Source: an uncultured Gemmatimonadales bacterium (GTDB lineage Bacteria; Gemmatimonadota; Gemmatimonadetes; Longimicrobiales; Gaopeijiaceae). From it: DNA of 64,000 bases. Location of the stretch: assembly GCA_963809895.1 (NCBI GenBank), contig CAWELD010000003.1, forward strand, positions 1,600,001 to 1,664,000, in the 5' to 3' direction. The notes under the pieces are model-generated. The model was given only the letters and a program-made list of their open reading frames with translations, was not told where the DNA came from and made no database searches. Positions 42,726 to 53,001 of this stretch are shown here, one piece after another (positions within the stretch are counted from its first letter, which is position 1; the number at the start of each line of letters is the position of its first letter). The translations under genes were made by a program, and so were the position numbers.

Positions 42726-43951
42726 CTTCGTGTCGGCCTTCCGATACGAAGATCGGGGTCCTCAACGGCCTCGTCCAGTTCCACCGCGAGTCGGTCGAGC
42801 ACCAGCCATCCTTCGGGGGTGGCCACGACGCCCTCGTTCGTCGAACGGACGAGACCGCTCCGGATCCAGCGTTCGCGCAGGTCGCGAGCGCGGGCGCTCG
42901 CGAACCACGACTGCCCGAGACCCGCGTCGGTCCTGAGGCCGAGCCAGATGAGTTCCAGGCGCGACGCCACGCCCTCCACGACCTCGTAGCCGGCCACCGG
43001 AAGACGCCCTTCTGTGGTGGCGCTGGCGTACGCCTCCCAATCCCGGAGGTTCCAGCGCCGCATCGGGGGAAGGTATCCGTGCGCCCCGTTCCCGAGCCCC
43101 AGGTAGGCACGCCCCTCCCAATAGGCCCGGTTGTGCCGCGACTCGTGGCCCTCGCGGGCGAAGTTGGACACCTCGTAGGCGTGGAATCCCTCAGCGGCGA
43201 GGAGCTCGTGGGCCAGGAGATACTCGTCGGCGTATCGCTCCTGGTCCGGCATGGCGACCCGGCCCTTGTCCACGGCGCGCCCCAGCGGAGTGTTCCGCTC
43301 CGCCGTGAGCCCGTAGAGGCTGATGTGGGGCACGCCGAGGCCTACCGCCGCTTCCAGATCGGCCCGCCAGTCCCTCTCGACGCTGGATGGAAGGCCGAAG
43401 ATCAGGTCCACGCTCACGCTGTCGAAGCCCGCGGCCCGTGCCGTGGACACGGCGGTCCGGGCGCCCCGGGGCCCGTGGAGGCGTCCCATCCAGCGCAGAG
43501 CGGACTCCTGGAAGCTCTGGACGCCGAGGCTCACGCGGTTGACGCCCCCACGCCGCCATCCGCCCGCCACCTCGGGGTCGAAGCTCTCGGGGTTCGCTTC
43601 CGCGGTCCACTCCAGGCCCGGGTCGTCCAGACGCGAGGCCCCCAGGATCCTGCGGAGCTCCACCATGGCGGTGGCGCCCAACAGCGACGGCGTGCCGCCA
43701 CCGACGTAGAGCGTGGACAGCGGGCTGGCCAGGGCCGCACGCCCTTCGTCGCGCAGCGCCGCCAACTCGCCCGCCAGGGCGTCGAGCCAGGGCTCCGGGC
43801 TCGGATCCCGGTCCACCGACACCGCGAAGTCACAGTAGACACACCGTCGCACGCAGAACGGGGCGTGCACGTAGACCGACGAGACCTCCACCGGATCCGG
43901 GGCGGTCACGGGCATGCCCGCGGACGCCACGTCGCGCTCCACCGACGTCAT
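42722..43951 (-). CDS. hemW: radical SAM heme chaperone HemW
   Basis: YVHAPFCVRRCVYCDF, GGGTPS, YEVSNF, HNRAYW; upstream of hrcA. Confidence 0.9.
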   Translation of the reverse strand: MTSVERDVASAGMPVTAPDPVEVSSVYVHAPFCVRRCVYCDFAVSVDRDPSPEPWLDALAGELAALRDEGRAALASPLSTLYVGGGTPSLLGATAMVELRRILGASRLDDPGLEWTAEANPESFDPEVAGGWRRGGVNRVSLGVQSFQESALRWMGRLHGPRGARTAVSTARAAGFDSVSVDLIFGLPSSVERDWRADLEAAVGLGVPHISLYGLTAERNTPLGRAVDKGRVAMPDQERYADEYLLAHELLAAEGFHAYEVSNFAREGHESRHNRAYWEGRAYLGLGNGAHGYLPPMRRWNLRDWEAYASATTEGRLPVAGYEVVEGVASRLELIWLGLRTDAGLGQSWFASARARDLRERWIRSGLVRSTNEGVVATPEGWLVLDRLAVELDEAVEDPDLRIGRPTRR

Positions 43952-45066
43952 GCGTCTCTCCGTTGGAAACGCATGCCCGGGCTCTGGCGCGCCCAGCCGG
44001 CCACTTCGAGGCGGGTGAGGGCCGAGAGTGCCGTCGCCGCGTCGAGTCCCGCCACCCGGGCAAGGTCGTCGACGCTGCGGGGGATCGCCTCCAGCTCCTG
44101 CCAGACGGCGGCCGCGTCGGTGCCCAGCCTCTCCGGCGGCGCCGGCCGGAAGCTCCCCTGCTCCGCAAGGCCCGAGAGGCCCAGCGCCGCGAGCACCGAG
44201 GCCGCGTCCAGGGCCAGCGCCGCTCCGTCACGCAGGAGCGCGTTGGTGCCGCGGCTCGTGGGGCTGTCCACCGGGCCCGGCACGGCGAGTACGTCCCGCC
44301 CCAGCTCCACCGCCTCGCGGGCCGTGATGAGCGCGCCGCTCCGCTCGGCGGCTTCCACCACCACGACCGCCTCGGAGAGCGCGGCCAACAGGCGGTTCCG
44401 CTTGGGAAAATGATGCGGCAAGGCGGGCGTTCCCGGCGGATGCTCGCTGGCCACCGCCCCCTGCCGACAGAGTCGTCGATAGAGGCGGGCGTGGCTCCGA
44501 GGCTGCGCGCGCTCGGGCCCGGATCCCAGGACCGCGGTGCTCACGCCACCGGCCTCCAGCGCCGCCACGTGCGCCGCGCCGTCGATCCCCATGGCCATCC
44601 CGCTGAGCACGCTCACACCGGCCCGGGCCAGCCCCCCGGCGATGGCGTGGGCGGCGCGACGGCCGTACGCGGTGGCCCGCCGCGAGCCCACCACCGCCAC
44701 CTGGCGGGTGGCGAAGGCCGTGACGTCACCCCGGACGAAGAGGAGCGGAGGGGGGTCGGTCAGATGCCGGAGACGCCCGGGATACGCCGACTCGTGCCAG
44801 GCCACGACGCGCACCCCGGTCCGCCGACAATCGGCCAGTACCTGGCGCGCGGCGGCGAGGGTACCCGGTGCCGAGCGACACCGGAGCGCGGCGGCGCGAC
44901 GGGCGTCGGGCCAGGCCACCAGCCGGTGGGCCGACCCGGCCGCCCCGACCGCCTCGCGGAGCCGGGCCGGGCCCACCCCCTCGATGGCCAGCAGGCGGAG
45001 CAGGGCCGTCACCTCGGCCTCCCACCCGTCGCTGCCCTCGGGCGCCGGGCTCAGGGTGTCCACCAC
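43948..45066 (-). CDS. dprA: DNA-processing protein DprA
   Basis: VVGSR, SGMAMGID, FPKRNRL, VVEAAERSGALIT. Confidence 0.95.
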   Translation of the reverse strand: MVDTLSPAPEGSDGWEAEVTALLRLLAIEGVGPARLREAVGAAGSAHRLVAWPDARRAAALRCRSAPGTLAAARQVLADCRRTGVRVVAWHESAYPGRLRHLTDPPPLLFVRGDVTAFATRQVAVVGSRRATAYGRRAAHAIAGGLARAGVSVLSGMAMGIDGAAHVAALEAGGVSTAVLGSGPERAQPRSHARLYRRLCRQGAVASEHPPGTPALPHHFPKRNRLLAALSEAVVVVEAAERSGALITAREAVELGRDVLAVPGPVDSPTSRGTNALLRDGAALALDAASVLAALGLSGLAEQGSFRPAPPERLGTDAAAVWQELEAIPRSVDDLARVAGLDAATALSALTRLEVAGWARQSPGMRFQRRDA

Positions 45067-46091
45067 TCCTCGTCGTCGGGCTGGCCGTCGGCCGCGGCGT
45101 CGCCAGTGGCGGGCCGGCCACGGGTGCGCCGCCAGAGCGCCTCGAGGAGCTCCGGGACGCCTCGACGGCTCACGGCCGAGACCACGAAGGTGCCCCAGGC
45201 TTCGGGCGCGTCCAGGGCGGGCGGGTCTTCGTCGGGACCCAACAGATCGGCCTTGGAAAGCACCAGGCAGTGGGGCGTGGCGGCGAGGGTGTCGGAGTGC
45301 CGACCCAGCTCCTGGCGCAGGAGGTCGTACTCCCGTTGCGGGTCCTCGGTGTCCACCGGCACGAGCAACGCCAGCGTTCGGGTCCGCTCGATGTGGCGCA
45401 GGAACTGATGCCCCAACCCACGTCCTTCGTGGGCGCCCTCGATGATGCCGGGAATGTCGGCCATGACGAAGCTGCGGAAGTCCGGAAGCTCCACCACACC
45501 CAGGTTCGGTGTCAGCGTGGTAAACGGATAGTCGGCCACCTTGGGCCGAGCCTTGGAGACCGAGGCGAGCAGGGTCGACTTGCCGGCGTTGGGCTCCCCC
45601 ACGAGCCCCACGTCGGCCAGCAGCTTGAGCTCGAGCTCGATCCGTCGGGCCTCGCCCTCCTCGCCGGGCTCCCAGCGCCGAGGCGCCTGATGGGTGGCGG
45701 TGGCGAAGCGGGCGTTGCCCCGGCCTCCTCGGCCTCCGCGCGCGACCACGAGCCGGTCCCCGTCCTGGAGGAGCTCACCCAGCAGCTCGCCGGTGTCGGC
45801 ATCGCGCACGACCGTGCCCGGAGGCACCTTGAGGACGCGCGACTCGCCGGCCCGCCCCGTGCGGTTGCTGCCCTCGCCGTGCTGGCCCCGCTCGGCGCGG
45901 TAGTGCTTGCGATAGGAATAGTCCAGGAGGGTGCTGAGCTGCCCGTCGGCCTCCAGCACGATGTCGCCGCCCCGGCCGCCGTCTCCCCCCGAGGGTCCCC
46001 CTCTGGGCACCCCCGATTCCCGGCGAAAGGCCTCGGCTCCGGACCCACCGGTCCCGGCCTCGACCTCGATGACGGCACGATCCACGAACAT
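45051..46091 (-). CDS. obgE: GTPase ObgE
   Basis: MFVD, GGDGGRGG, GEPNAGKST, YPFTT, DIPG; AAGGAG SD. Confidence 0.97.
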   Translation of the reverse strand: MFVDRAVIEVEAGTGGSGAEAFRRESGVPRGGPSGGDGGRGGDIVLEADGQLSTLLDYSYRKHYRAERGQHGEGSNRTGRAGESRVLKVPPGTVVRDADTGELLGELLQDGDRLVVARGGRGGRGNARFATATHQAPRRWEPGEEGEARRIELELKLLADVGLVGEPNAGKSTLLASVSKARPKVADYPFTTLTPNLGVVELPDFRSFVMADIPGIIEGAHEGRGLGHQFLRHIERTRTLALLVPVDTEDPQREYDLLRQELGRHSDTLAATPHCLVLSKADLLGPDEDPPALDAPEAWGTFVVSAVSRRGVPELLEALWRRTRGRPATGDAAADGQPDDEEWWTP

Positions 46092-46143
46092 CTCGTCTCC
46101 TTCTCCGCTCGAGCGTCCTGACTTCAACGACCTGCTGTAGTGG

Positions 46144-46773
46144 CTACGCCCCCGTCGATCCACCCTCGGACAGGCGGGCCCAGAGCTCCCGTGCCGGTCG
46201 CGCCACCTCGTCGCCGCACCCGACCAGGGCCTCCTCGAGCGCGGCGCCCACGACCGGCCTGCTGACGCCGGCGTTCAGGGCTCCGCGCAGATGCGAGTGG
46301 AGCTGCCGGAGGACCGCCGGTCCCCTGGGCGCCAGGATCGCGACGATGCAGAGCTCCCTCACTCCCAACTCCAGCCCTGGCCTTCCAAGGACCTTGCCGT
46401 ACCCTTCCACCACCATCCAGGTCTCCAGATCCGGATGGAATCGGCGCACGTTCGCGCGCAGCTTCGCGTACTGGCCGCCGTACACGGTCTCACACACCGC
46501 GGCCCCGCGTTCCTCCCAATCGGGCCACGCGACCTCGGCGGGCGCCGGCGCCGGGTGCCCGGAGATCTCTCGCCACACCGCCATGGCGTTCAGCGCGGCC
46601 GGGTAGCCCAGGAAGAGGTAGCTCTGCAGGAGCGCCTCCTCCACCTGTCGCGGCGCGCAGCGCTCCGAGGCCAGGGCCAGCGCCGCCCGAACGTCTCCGT
46701 CGTCGCCCCGGGACAGGGCCGCCGACACGCGCACCAACAGCCGCGCCTCGCGTGACAACCCCGTGTGCTTCAT
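46144..46773 (-). CDS. carboxymuconolactone decarboxylase (CMD/AhpD-like) family protein
   Basis: LQSYLFLGYP, YGKVLGRPGL, RELCIVA, QLHSHLRGALNAG. Confidence 0.8.
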   Translation of the reverse strand: MKHTGLSREARLLVRVSAALSRGDDGDVRAALALASERCAPRQVEEALLQSYLFLGYPAALNAMAVWREISGHPAPAPAEVAWPDWEERGAAVCETVYGGQYAKLRANVRRFHPDLETWMVVEGYGKVLGRPGLELGVRELCIVAILAPRGPAVLRQLHSHLRGALNAGVSRPVVGAALEEALVGCGDEVARPARELWARLSEGGSTGA

Positions 46774-47786
46774 GTGGTCCTCCAGTCCGGGAGCGCCGGG
46801 CCGAACTCCACGTCGGCCTCCAGGCACCCTACGATCTCGCCGCGCGTGTTTCGAACCGACGGCGTCAGCCACGCGCTCAGCGCCTCTCGCGCCGCGTCGT
46901 CCAGCAGGGACATGGCGTCCAGCAGCCGCAGGAGTGCGATCTCCGCCGCTCGCTTCGCGCCGTCCTCGACCTTCACCGCGACGCCGACCCCCCGGTCCTG
47001 GACTCCCAGCCCGTACACTCCTTCGGCGCCCACCTTGGCGAAGACGCGCCCGTCCGTGGCCTCCATGAGCGCGGTGCACAGGCGCCCCGTCCCCGCCACC
47101 ATCCACGGATGGTCGGTCATGGCCGCCACGATTCGGGCCGGACCGCGCTCGCCCCGGCGGGCGGCTTCCGCGAAGCGGGCGAACGAGGCCGCCACGGCTT
47201 CCAGGGGAACCTGGAAGCAGACCACGCCACATCCGTCGACCCCGGACCCGATCCGGTCCGGGTCCGTCTCCGTCCAGCGCGCGATCTCCCGCCCCATCCG
47301 CCGCTGCACCGGATGGTCCACCTCCACGTAGCCGCGCGTGGGCCACCCGTGGTGGACCGCCAGGGCCAGCATACCGGCGTGCTTCCCCGAGCAGTTGCTG
47401 TGGATGGGACCCGGTCGCACCCCCGCCAGCAGGAGCCGGACACCCTCCTCTTCCCGAAGGGGCATGTGCCCCCCGCATTCCAAGGCATCGTCGCCGAGGC
47501 CGGCCCGGGCGAGGATGCGCCGCGCGGTTTCCACGTGCCGGACCTCGCTGTTGTGCGACGCGCAGCAGAGCGCCAGCTCCTCGTCGGTGATCCCCAGCGC
47601 GTCCACGACGCCGTCCTCCACCAGCGGAAGCGCCTGAAACGGCTTCGCCGCCGATCGGAAGAAGGTCGGGAACCGTGGATCCCCGACGTGGGCGACGCGC
47701 CGGCCCGAGGCGTCGGCCACCACGGCGTGGACCCGGTGCACCGACTCCACGAGGCCGTTCCGTCGTACCCGGACCCGTCCGGTCAC
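46770..47786 (-). CDS. L-asparaginase II (Rhizobium-type) family protein
   Basis: VESVH, RSAAKPFQ, ASH, NCSGKH, DGCG, KVGAEG, KVEDG. Confidence 0.9.
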   Translation of the reverse strand: MTGRVRVRRNGLVESVHRVHAVVADASGRRVAHVGDPRFPTFFRSAAKPFQALPLVEDGVVDALGITDEELALCCASHNSEVRHVETARRILARAGLGDDALECGGHMPLREEEGVRLLLAGVRPGPIHSNCSGKHAGMLALAVHHGWPTRGYVEVDHPVQRRMGREIARWTETDPDRIGSGVDGCGVVCFQVPLEAVAASFARFAEAARRGERGPARIVAAMTDHPWMVAGTGRLCTALMEATDGRVFAKVGAEGVYGLGVQDRGVGVAVKVEDGAKRAAEIALLRLLDAMSLLDDAAREALSAWLTPSVRNTRGEIVGCLEADVEFGPALPDWRTT

Positions 47787-47793
47787 GGACGAA

Positions 47794-48699
47794 TCACGAT
47801 CCAACGATCGCTCGAGGTGCCGGGCGAGTCGATGTCTGAACGGGCCCGGTTCCCAGCCAACCCTCGGCCCGCGCGGTGGTGAAGGCCAACCGCGCCGCCA
47901 GCGCCAGCAGCAGCACCGCGAACAGGCGCCGCAGGAGGCCGGCGTGGATGCGCTGGTTGAGCCGCGCCCCCAGGCGCGCTCCGACCATCGAGCCGGGGGC
48001 CAGCGACAACGCCAGCGGCACGTGGATCAGGCCGAAGGTCCCCGGCAGGTCCGCTCCACCACCGACGGTCATGTAGCCGATCATTCCCGCCGCGGCGGCG
48101 GCCGCGACCACGCCCACCGAACCGGCGGCCACTCGTCGGATGTCCACGTGGACGACGTAGATGAGAAAGGGGATCGCCAGCGTCCCCCCACCCACGCCCA
48201 GCAGCGGCGCCACGGCACCGATGACGACGCCTCCCAGAAGCCCCAGCATGGGGTGCGGAGGACCCGCGGCGTGCGCGGCCACCCCCTCGGCGGCCGTGTC
48301 CGACGACGTCAGGAGCCTGAGTCCGACCAGGAAGAGGAACACCACGAATCCCAGGCGCAGCAGCGCTTCTGGAAAGGACGAGGCCAGCCGCGCCATCTCC
48401 ACGGCGACCAGCGCAGCCCCCAGCGCCATGGGCGCCATCACCCTCCACGGAACCAGCCCGGCGCGGGCATAGGTGCGCAGGGCGCTCAGGGCGGTGACCA
48501 CGATGACGGACAGACTGGTGGCGTGGGCCACCAGGGTCGCCCGGTCCGCGGGAATCTGGATCCCGCTCCAGCCGCCGTGCTCCAGCATGAAATAGAGGAA
48601 GGGGACCAGCAGGACCCCTCCCCCGATACCGACGAGGCCCGAGACGACGCCGCTGAACAGTCCGAAGACCAGCGACGCCGCGATGGCAGCTGTGGTCAC
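47794..48699 (-). CDS. sulfite exporter TauE/SafE family protein
   Basis: GLVGIGGG and LLGVGGG repeats, ATSL, ~8 TM segments. Confidence 0.88.
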   Translation of the reverse strand: MTTAAIAASLVFGLFSGVVSGLVGIGGGVLLVPFLYFMLEHGGWSGIQIPADRATLVAHATSLSVIVVTALSALRTYARAGLVPWRVMAPMALGAALVAVEMARLASSFPEALLRLGFVVFLFLVGLRLLTSSDTAAEGVAAHAAGPPHPMLGLLGGVVIGAVAPLLGVGGGTLAIPFLIYVVHVDIRRVAAGSVGVVAAAAAAGMIGYMTVGGGADLPGTFGLIHVPLALSLAPGSMVGARLGARLNQRIHAGLLRRLFAVLLLALAARLAFTTARAEGWLGTGPVQTSTRPAPRAIVGS

Positions 48700-50375
48700 G
48701 AACCCGACGACTCGTCGGTGCCTCCGGCCGCTGCCACGGCAGCGTCGTTGGGGATGCCGGCCCCGGCGACCTTCAGCAGGTCGTCGGTGGACGTGGCCTG
48801 ACCAAGGAGCGTCAGCGCCCGGTTCAGCTGGGTGTCGTCGGACCGGGTCTGCTCGAACTCGCCCTGGTCCCCGAGCGCCTGGAGCGCCACCTCACGCTCG
48901 AGTTGATAGCGCAGATAGCGGGCGGCACCCCGGAAGACGTCGTCGGAGATCTCCACGGAGTCGTCGGCCAGCGACGCCCGGAAGCGCGCCAGATCCCCGT
49001 CGGTGAGGCGGAATCCGGCGTGCAGATCCGGATGGTCCTGGTTGTACTGGACCGCAAAGGCGAAGAGGCCGTTGTTGACCGCTCCGGCGTGCCGATAGAG
49101 CGCGCGCACGGCCTGGGCCTCGTCCGAGGACAGGGTGTCGGGAAGTACGCGCACGTCGGGCACGATCCCGCCACCACCGTAGAGCGTGCGCCCGCCGTCG
49201 GACTCGAAGGTCGGACGGTCCTGATCCGAAGGCGGCCGCAGCAGCATGCCGTTGAGCGTCAGGCTGCCGTGGGCCGCCGCCGGTGCCTGATCCTGCTCCT
49301 CGCCCTGGGGATGCCGGTCGATGGAGCGCCCCACCGGGGTGTACCAGCGCGCCGTGGTGAGCCGCAGCACGTTCCCGCCGCTCAGGCGGAAGAGCGTCTG
49401 CACGGAGCCCTTGCCGTAGCTCGGCATCCCCACGAGCAGGGCGCGGTCGTGGTCCTGGAGGGCGCCGGCCACGATCTCGGAGGCGCTGGCGCTGGTGCCG
49501 TCGATGAGCACCGCGGTGGGCAGATCGGCGTAGACCGCCGGGCGCGACGCCGCGAAGGTCTGGCTCTGGCCCGCCGCGCGACCCCGGGTCTCCACGACAC
49601 GGGCTCCCTCGCCCACGAAGAGCTCGGCGACGCCGATCCCCTCGTCCAGAAGGCCGCCGGGATTGCCGCGCAGGTCCAGGACCAGGCTGCGAATCCCCTC
49701 CTGGCGCAGGGAATCCACCGCCGCCCTCACCTCGTCGGACGACGTGTTCCGGAAGACCCGCAGAGGCACGTACCCCACGTCACCGTCGAGCCGTACGGCG
49801 AAGGGCACCGACTTGATGTGGACCACCGAGCGCGTGAGGGTGAACGGAATCGGTTGGTCCACCCCCGGGCGGCCCATCTCCACGTCCACCGTGGTGCCGG
49901 GCTCGCCTCGCAGGATCTCCACGGCCTTGTCCACGCCGATGTCCCGGGCGTCCTCGCCGGCGATGCTGACGAACCAGTCACCGGGCCGGATGCCCGCTCG
50001 GGCCCCCGAGGTGCCGGGGATCGGCGCCACCACCGTGACCCAGTGGTCCTGGTCGACGACCGACAGACCCACCCCCCCGTATTCGCCGGAGGTCGCCTGG
50101 ATCTGGAAGTTCTCGTACTCGCTGGCCGGGATGAACGAGGTGTGGGGATCGCCCAGATCGTTCAGCACGCCGTCGATGGCGGCGTCGTAGAGCTGGCCCT
50201 TCTCGACCGGGTCGACGAACTGGTCGGAGACGTGCTCCACCACCTCCTGGAACACCCGCACCTGGACGTAGACGTTCTCCTGGCGGTCCACCCCCTCCTG
50301 GAGGAACCATCCCCCCAGCAGCACGGCGCCACCGAGCACCAGGAACGGCATGAAGGCACTGCGTCGACGGCTCAT
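48696..50375 (-). CDS. S41 family C-terminal processing protease
   Basis: PDZ region, LDLRGNPGG, SASASEIVAGALQD, GKGSVQ. Confidence 0.95.
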   Translation of the reverse strand: MSRRRSAFMPFLVLGGAVLLGGWFLQEGVDRQENVYVQVRVFQEVVEHVSDQFVDPVEKGQLYDAAIDGVLNDLGDPHTSFIPASEYENFQIQATSGEYGGVGLSVVDQDHWVTVVAPIPGTSGARAGIRPGDWFVSIAGEDARDIGVDKAVEILRGEPGTTVDVEMGRPGVDQPIPFTLTRSVVHIKSVPFAVRLDGDVGYVPLRVFRNTSSDEVRAAVDSLRQEGIRSLVLDLRGNPGGLLDEGIGVAELFVGEGARVVETRGRAAGQSQTFAASRPAVYADLPTAVLIDGTSASASEIVAGALQDHDRALLVGMPSYGKGSVQTLFRLSGGNVLRLTTARWYTPVGRSIDRHPQGEEQDQAPAAAHGSLTLNGMLLRPPSDQDRPTFESDGGRTLYGGGGIVPDVRVLPDTLSSDEAQAVRALYRHAGAVNNGLFAFAVQYNQDHPDLHAGFRLTDGDLARFRASLADDSVEISDDVFRGAARYLRYQLEREVALQALGDQGEFEQTRSDDTQLNRALTLLGQATSTDDLLKVAGAGIPNDAAVAAAGGTDESSGS

Positions 50376-50414
50376 CGATTCTCCCTGGGATTCCCTTCTA
50401 CCACTGTCTGGAGG

Positions 50415-51062
50415 TTAACCCTCGCCACCGGGGAAGGTTTCCGGAAACTCGTCCTGCAGGAGCGTCCGGATACGGCGGTGGACCACCTCCGGCGCGCCCC
50501 GCCCGTCCACCACGCGTGCGTGACCCGTGGCGGCGGCGAGCTCGGCATACCCCTGGCGCACGCGCTCGAGAAAGGCCTCCCCTTCCCGCTCGATGCGGTC
50601 TCGCGTCTTGCCTTCGCGCTCCTGGCGGCGCGAGCCCTCGTCCACGGGCAGGTCCAAGAGCACGTACAGGTCCGGCACCAGGCCCCCGGTGGCGAAGGCG
50701 TTGAGGCGTCGCACCTCGTCCAGCGCCAGCCCTCGGCCGAATCCCTGATAGGCGAAGGTGGACAGATCGAAGCGATCCGCGACCACCACGCGCCCCTCGT
50801 CCAGCGCCGGACGCACCACGTCGCGCACGAAGGCGGCCCGGGCGGCCAACATCAGGAGCAACTCCGTCTCGGCCGGGACGTCCAGCTCTCCGCGGTCCAG
50901 GAGAACCTGGCGGATCGCCTCGCCCACCGGGGTGCCCCCGGGCTCCCGTGCCGTGACATGGGGCACGCCAGCGGCCCGTAGCCAGCCGGAGACGAGGCGC
51001 ACCTGCGTGCTCTTGCCGGCCCCCTCCACGCCCTCGAACACGATGAAACGACCGCCGCTCAC
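50415..51062 (-). CDS. tmk: thymidylate kinase
   Basis: FEGVEGAGKSTQ, REPGG, DRF, AYQG. Confidence 0.96.
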   Translation of the reverse strand: MSGGRFIVFEGVEGAGKSTQVRLVSGWLRAAGVPHVTAREPGGTPVGEAIRQVLLDRGELDVPAETELLLMLAARAAFVRDVVRPALDEGRVVVADRFDLSTFAYQGFGRGLALDEVRRLNAFATGGLVPDLYVLLDLPVDEGSRRQEREGKTRDRIEREGEAFLERVRQGYAELAAATGHARVVDGRGAPEVVHRRIRTLLQDEFPETFPGGEG

Positions 51063-51141
51063 CGCGCCGCGCTCCTGCCCGTCAGCCGCGGAGAGACCCC
51101 GTGGGGCAGGGTCCTCCGCGGCCGGGCGTGGACGCTCCTGG

Positions 51142-52488
51142 TCACTCGCCGTAGTCGAGGCCCAGGTGGGTGAGCTGGTCCTCACCCATCATCCAGCGCA
51201 GGGTGTTCTTGAGCTTCCAGTGCTGGATGAAGACGTCGTGCTCGGGATAGAGCCCCGGAATGGTCTGGGGGCTCTTGAAGTAGAAGGACAGCCACTCCTG
51301 GATCCCACTCATGCCGGACCGGCCGGCCAGGTCCATGAAGAGGGCCAGATCCAGGACGATGGGAGCGGCCAGGATGGAATCCCGGCACAGGAAGTCCAGC
51401 TTGATCTGCATGGGATACCCGAGCCATCCGAAGATGTCGATGTTGTCCCAGCCTTCCTTGTTGTCGCCCCGGGGCGGGTAGTAGTTGATCCGGACCTTGT
51501 GGTACAGGTCCTTGTAGAGCTCCGGGTACATGGACGGCTGCAGGATGTGCTCCAGCACGCCCAGCTTGGACTCCTCCTTGGTCTTGAACGAGGCGGGGTC
51601 GTCCAGCACCTCGCCGTCCCGATTCCCCAGGATGTTCGTGGAAAACCACCCGGCCAGGCCCAGCATGCGCGTCTTGAAGCCGGGGGCCAGGATGGTCTTC
51701 ATGAGGGTCTGGCCCGTCTTGAAGTCCTTGCCGGCGATGGGCACGCCACGCTCCCGGGCCAGCTTCTCCAGGGCCGGCACGTCACCGGAGAGGTTCGGGG
51801 CACCGTTGGCGTAGGGGATGCCCTCCATGATGGCGGCGTAGGCGTAGAGCATGGACGGGGCGATGGCCTCGTCGTTGTCCTCCATGGCCTTCTCGAAGGC
51901 CTCCAGCGTCTCGTGCTGGGGGCCGGGCCGCAGGAAGATCTCGGTGGAGCCGCACCACACCATGACCAGCCGGTCGCAACCGTGGTCGGCCTTGAAGCGG
52001 CGGATGTCCTCGCGCAGCTGCTCGGCCAGCTCCTTCTTGTTGGCCCCCTTCTTCACGTTGGGGCCGTTGAGCTTCTTCACGTAGCTCGTGTCGAAGGCCG
52101 CCGGCATGGGCTCGATGGCCGACAGGAAATCCTTGATGGGCTCCAGGTGCTCGTGGCGGTCCAGCACCCCCGCATTGACGGCACTTTCGTAGCCGTTGTC
52201 CGGGATGGGATCCCACGCACCGAACACGAGCTGGTCCAGCGAGGCCAGGTCCACGAACTCACGGATCAGGGGCGTGCGACCCTCCGTGCGCTTCCCCAGC
52301 CGGATGGTCTGCATCTGGGTGAGACTCCCCACCGGGCTCGCCAAGCCCCGGCGCACGGCCTCCACGCCGGCCACGAAGGTCGTGGCCACGGCACCGAATC
52401 CGGGGAGCAGAACACCGAGCTTCCCCGCTGACGAACGAATCTCCGGACGCTCCTTCACGCTCTTCCTCTCTCGGTTGTCGACGGCCAC
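51142..52488 (-). CDS. ino1: myo-inositol-1-phosphate synthase
   Basis: GKDFKTGQT, NILGNRDG, GDNKE, RDSILAAP. Confidence 0.93.
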   Translation of the reverse strand: MAVDNRERKSVKERPEIRSSAGKLGVLLPGFGAVATTFVAGVEAVRRGLASPVGSLTQMQTIRLGKRTEGRTPLIREFVDLASLDQLVFGAWDPIPDNGYESAVNAGVLDRHEHLEPIKDFLSAIEPMPAAFDTSYVKKLNGPNVKKGANKKELAEQLREDIRRFKADHGCDRLVMVWCGSTEIFLRPGPQHETLEAFEKAMEDNDEAIAPSMLYAYAAIMEGIPYANGAPNLSGDVPALEKLARERGVPIAGKDFKTGQTLMKTILAPGFKTRMLGLAGWFSTNILGNRDGEVLDDPASFKTKEESKLGVLEHILQPSMYPELYKDLYHKVRINYYPPRGDNKEGWDNIDIFGWLGYPMQIKLDFLCRDSILAAPIVLDLALFMDLAGRSGMSGIQEWLSFYFKSPQTIPGLYPEHDVFIQHWKLKNTLRWMMGEDQLTHLGLDYGE

Positions 52489-52611
52489 CTCCGGTCGCCG
52501 GCTGCCGCATCGGCGGCACCCGAGCGGCCGGGGCCGCCGGTCAGGGTCGGTTCAGGGATCCCTCGGGGATCCGGGATACGGGCCGCCGACGCGTGGCCGG
52601 CCACCCGCGGG

Positions 52612-52971
52612 TCACGGAGCCAGGATGATGCGGCTGTCCGCACCTTCCTCGAGCCCCTTCGCGATGGTCTCGTTCACCTTCTGGACCACCTTGTCGAAGT
52701 TGGCCTGTGCCGCCACCAGTCGCTGATAGGTGGAGTTGCCCTGCAGGCGCGAGACCGCCGCCTCGTACGCGTTGGCGACCTCCTCGTCGGGCTCGTTGCC
52801 GGACTTGAGCGCCGCGGCGATCCTGCCCTCGAGCCCTTCCAGCGTCGTCTTGAGCTCGGCGATGTCGCGGTCGTCGTCGGCCGCGCTCACGGCCCTTCGC
52901 AGGGCCTGGTACTCGTCGGTGCGGGCCAGTGCGTTGCCCAGGTCCTTCGCCATCTCCGTGATGCCTGCCAT
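52612..52971 (-). CDS. YlbF/YmcA-like (Com_YlbF) family protein
   Basis: helical 119 aa; AKDLGNALARTDEYQAL and YQRLVAAQANFDKVVQKVNETI patterns. Confidence 0.7.
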   Translation of the reverse strand: MAGITEMAKDLGNALARTDEYQALRRAVSAADDDRDIAELKTTLEGLEGRIAAALKSGNEPDEEVANAYEAAVSRLQGNSTYQRLVAAQANFDKVVQKVNETIAKGLEEGADSRIILAP

Positions 52972-53001
52972 GCTACCTCGCTCCCGCTTCGATGAGAGTG
53001 C

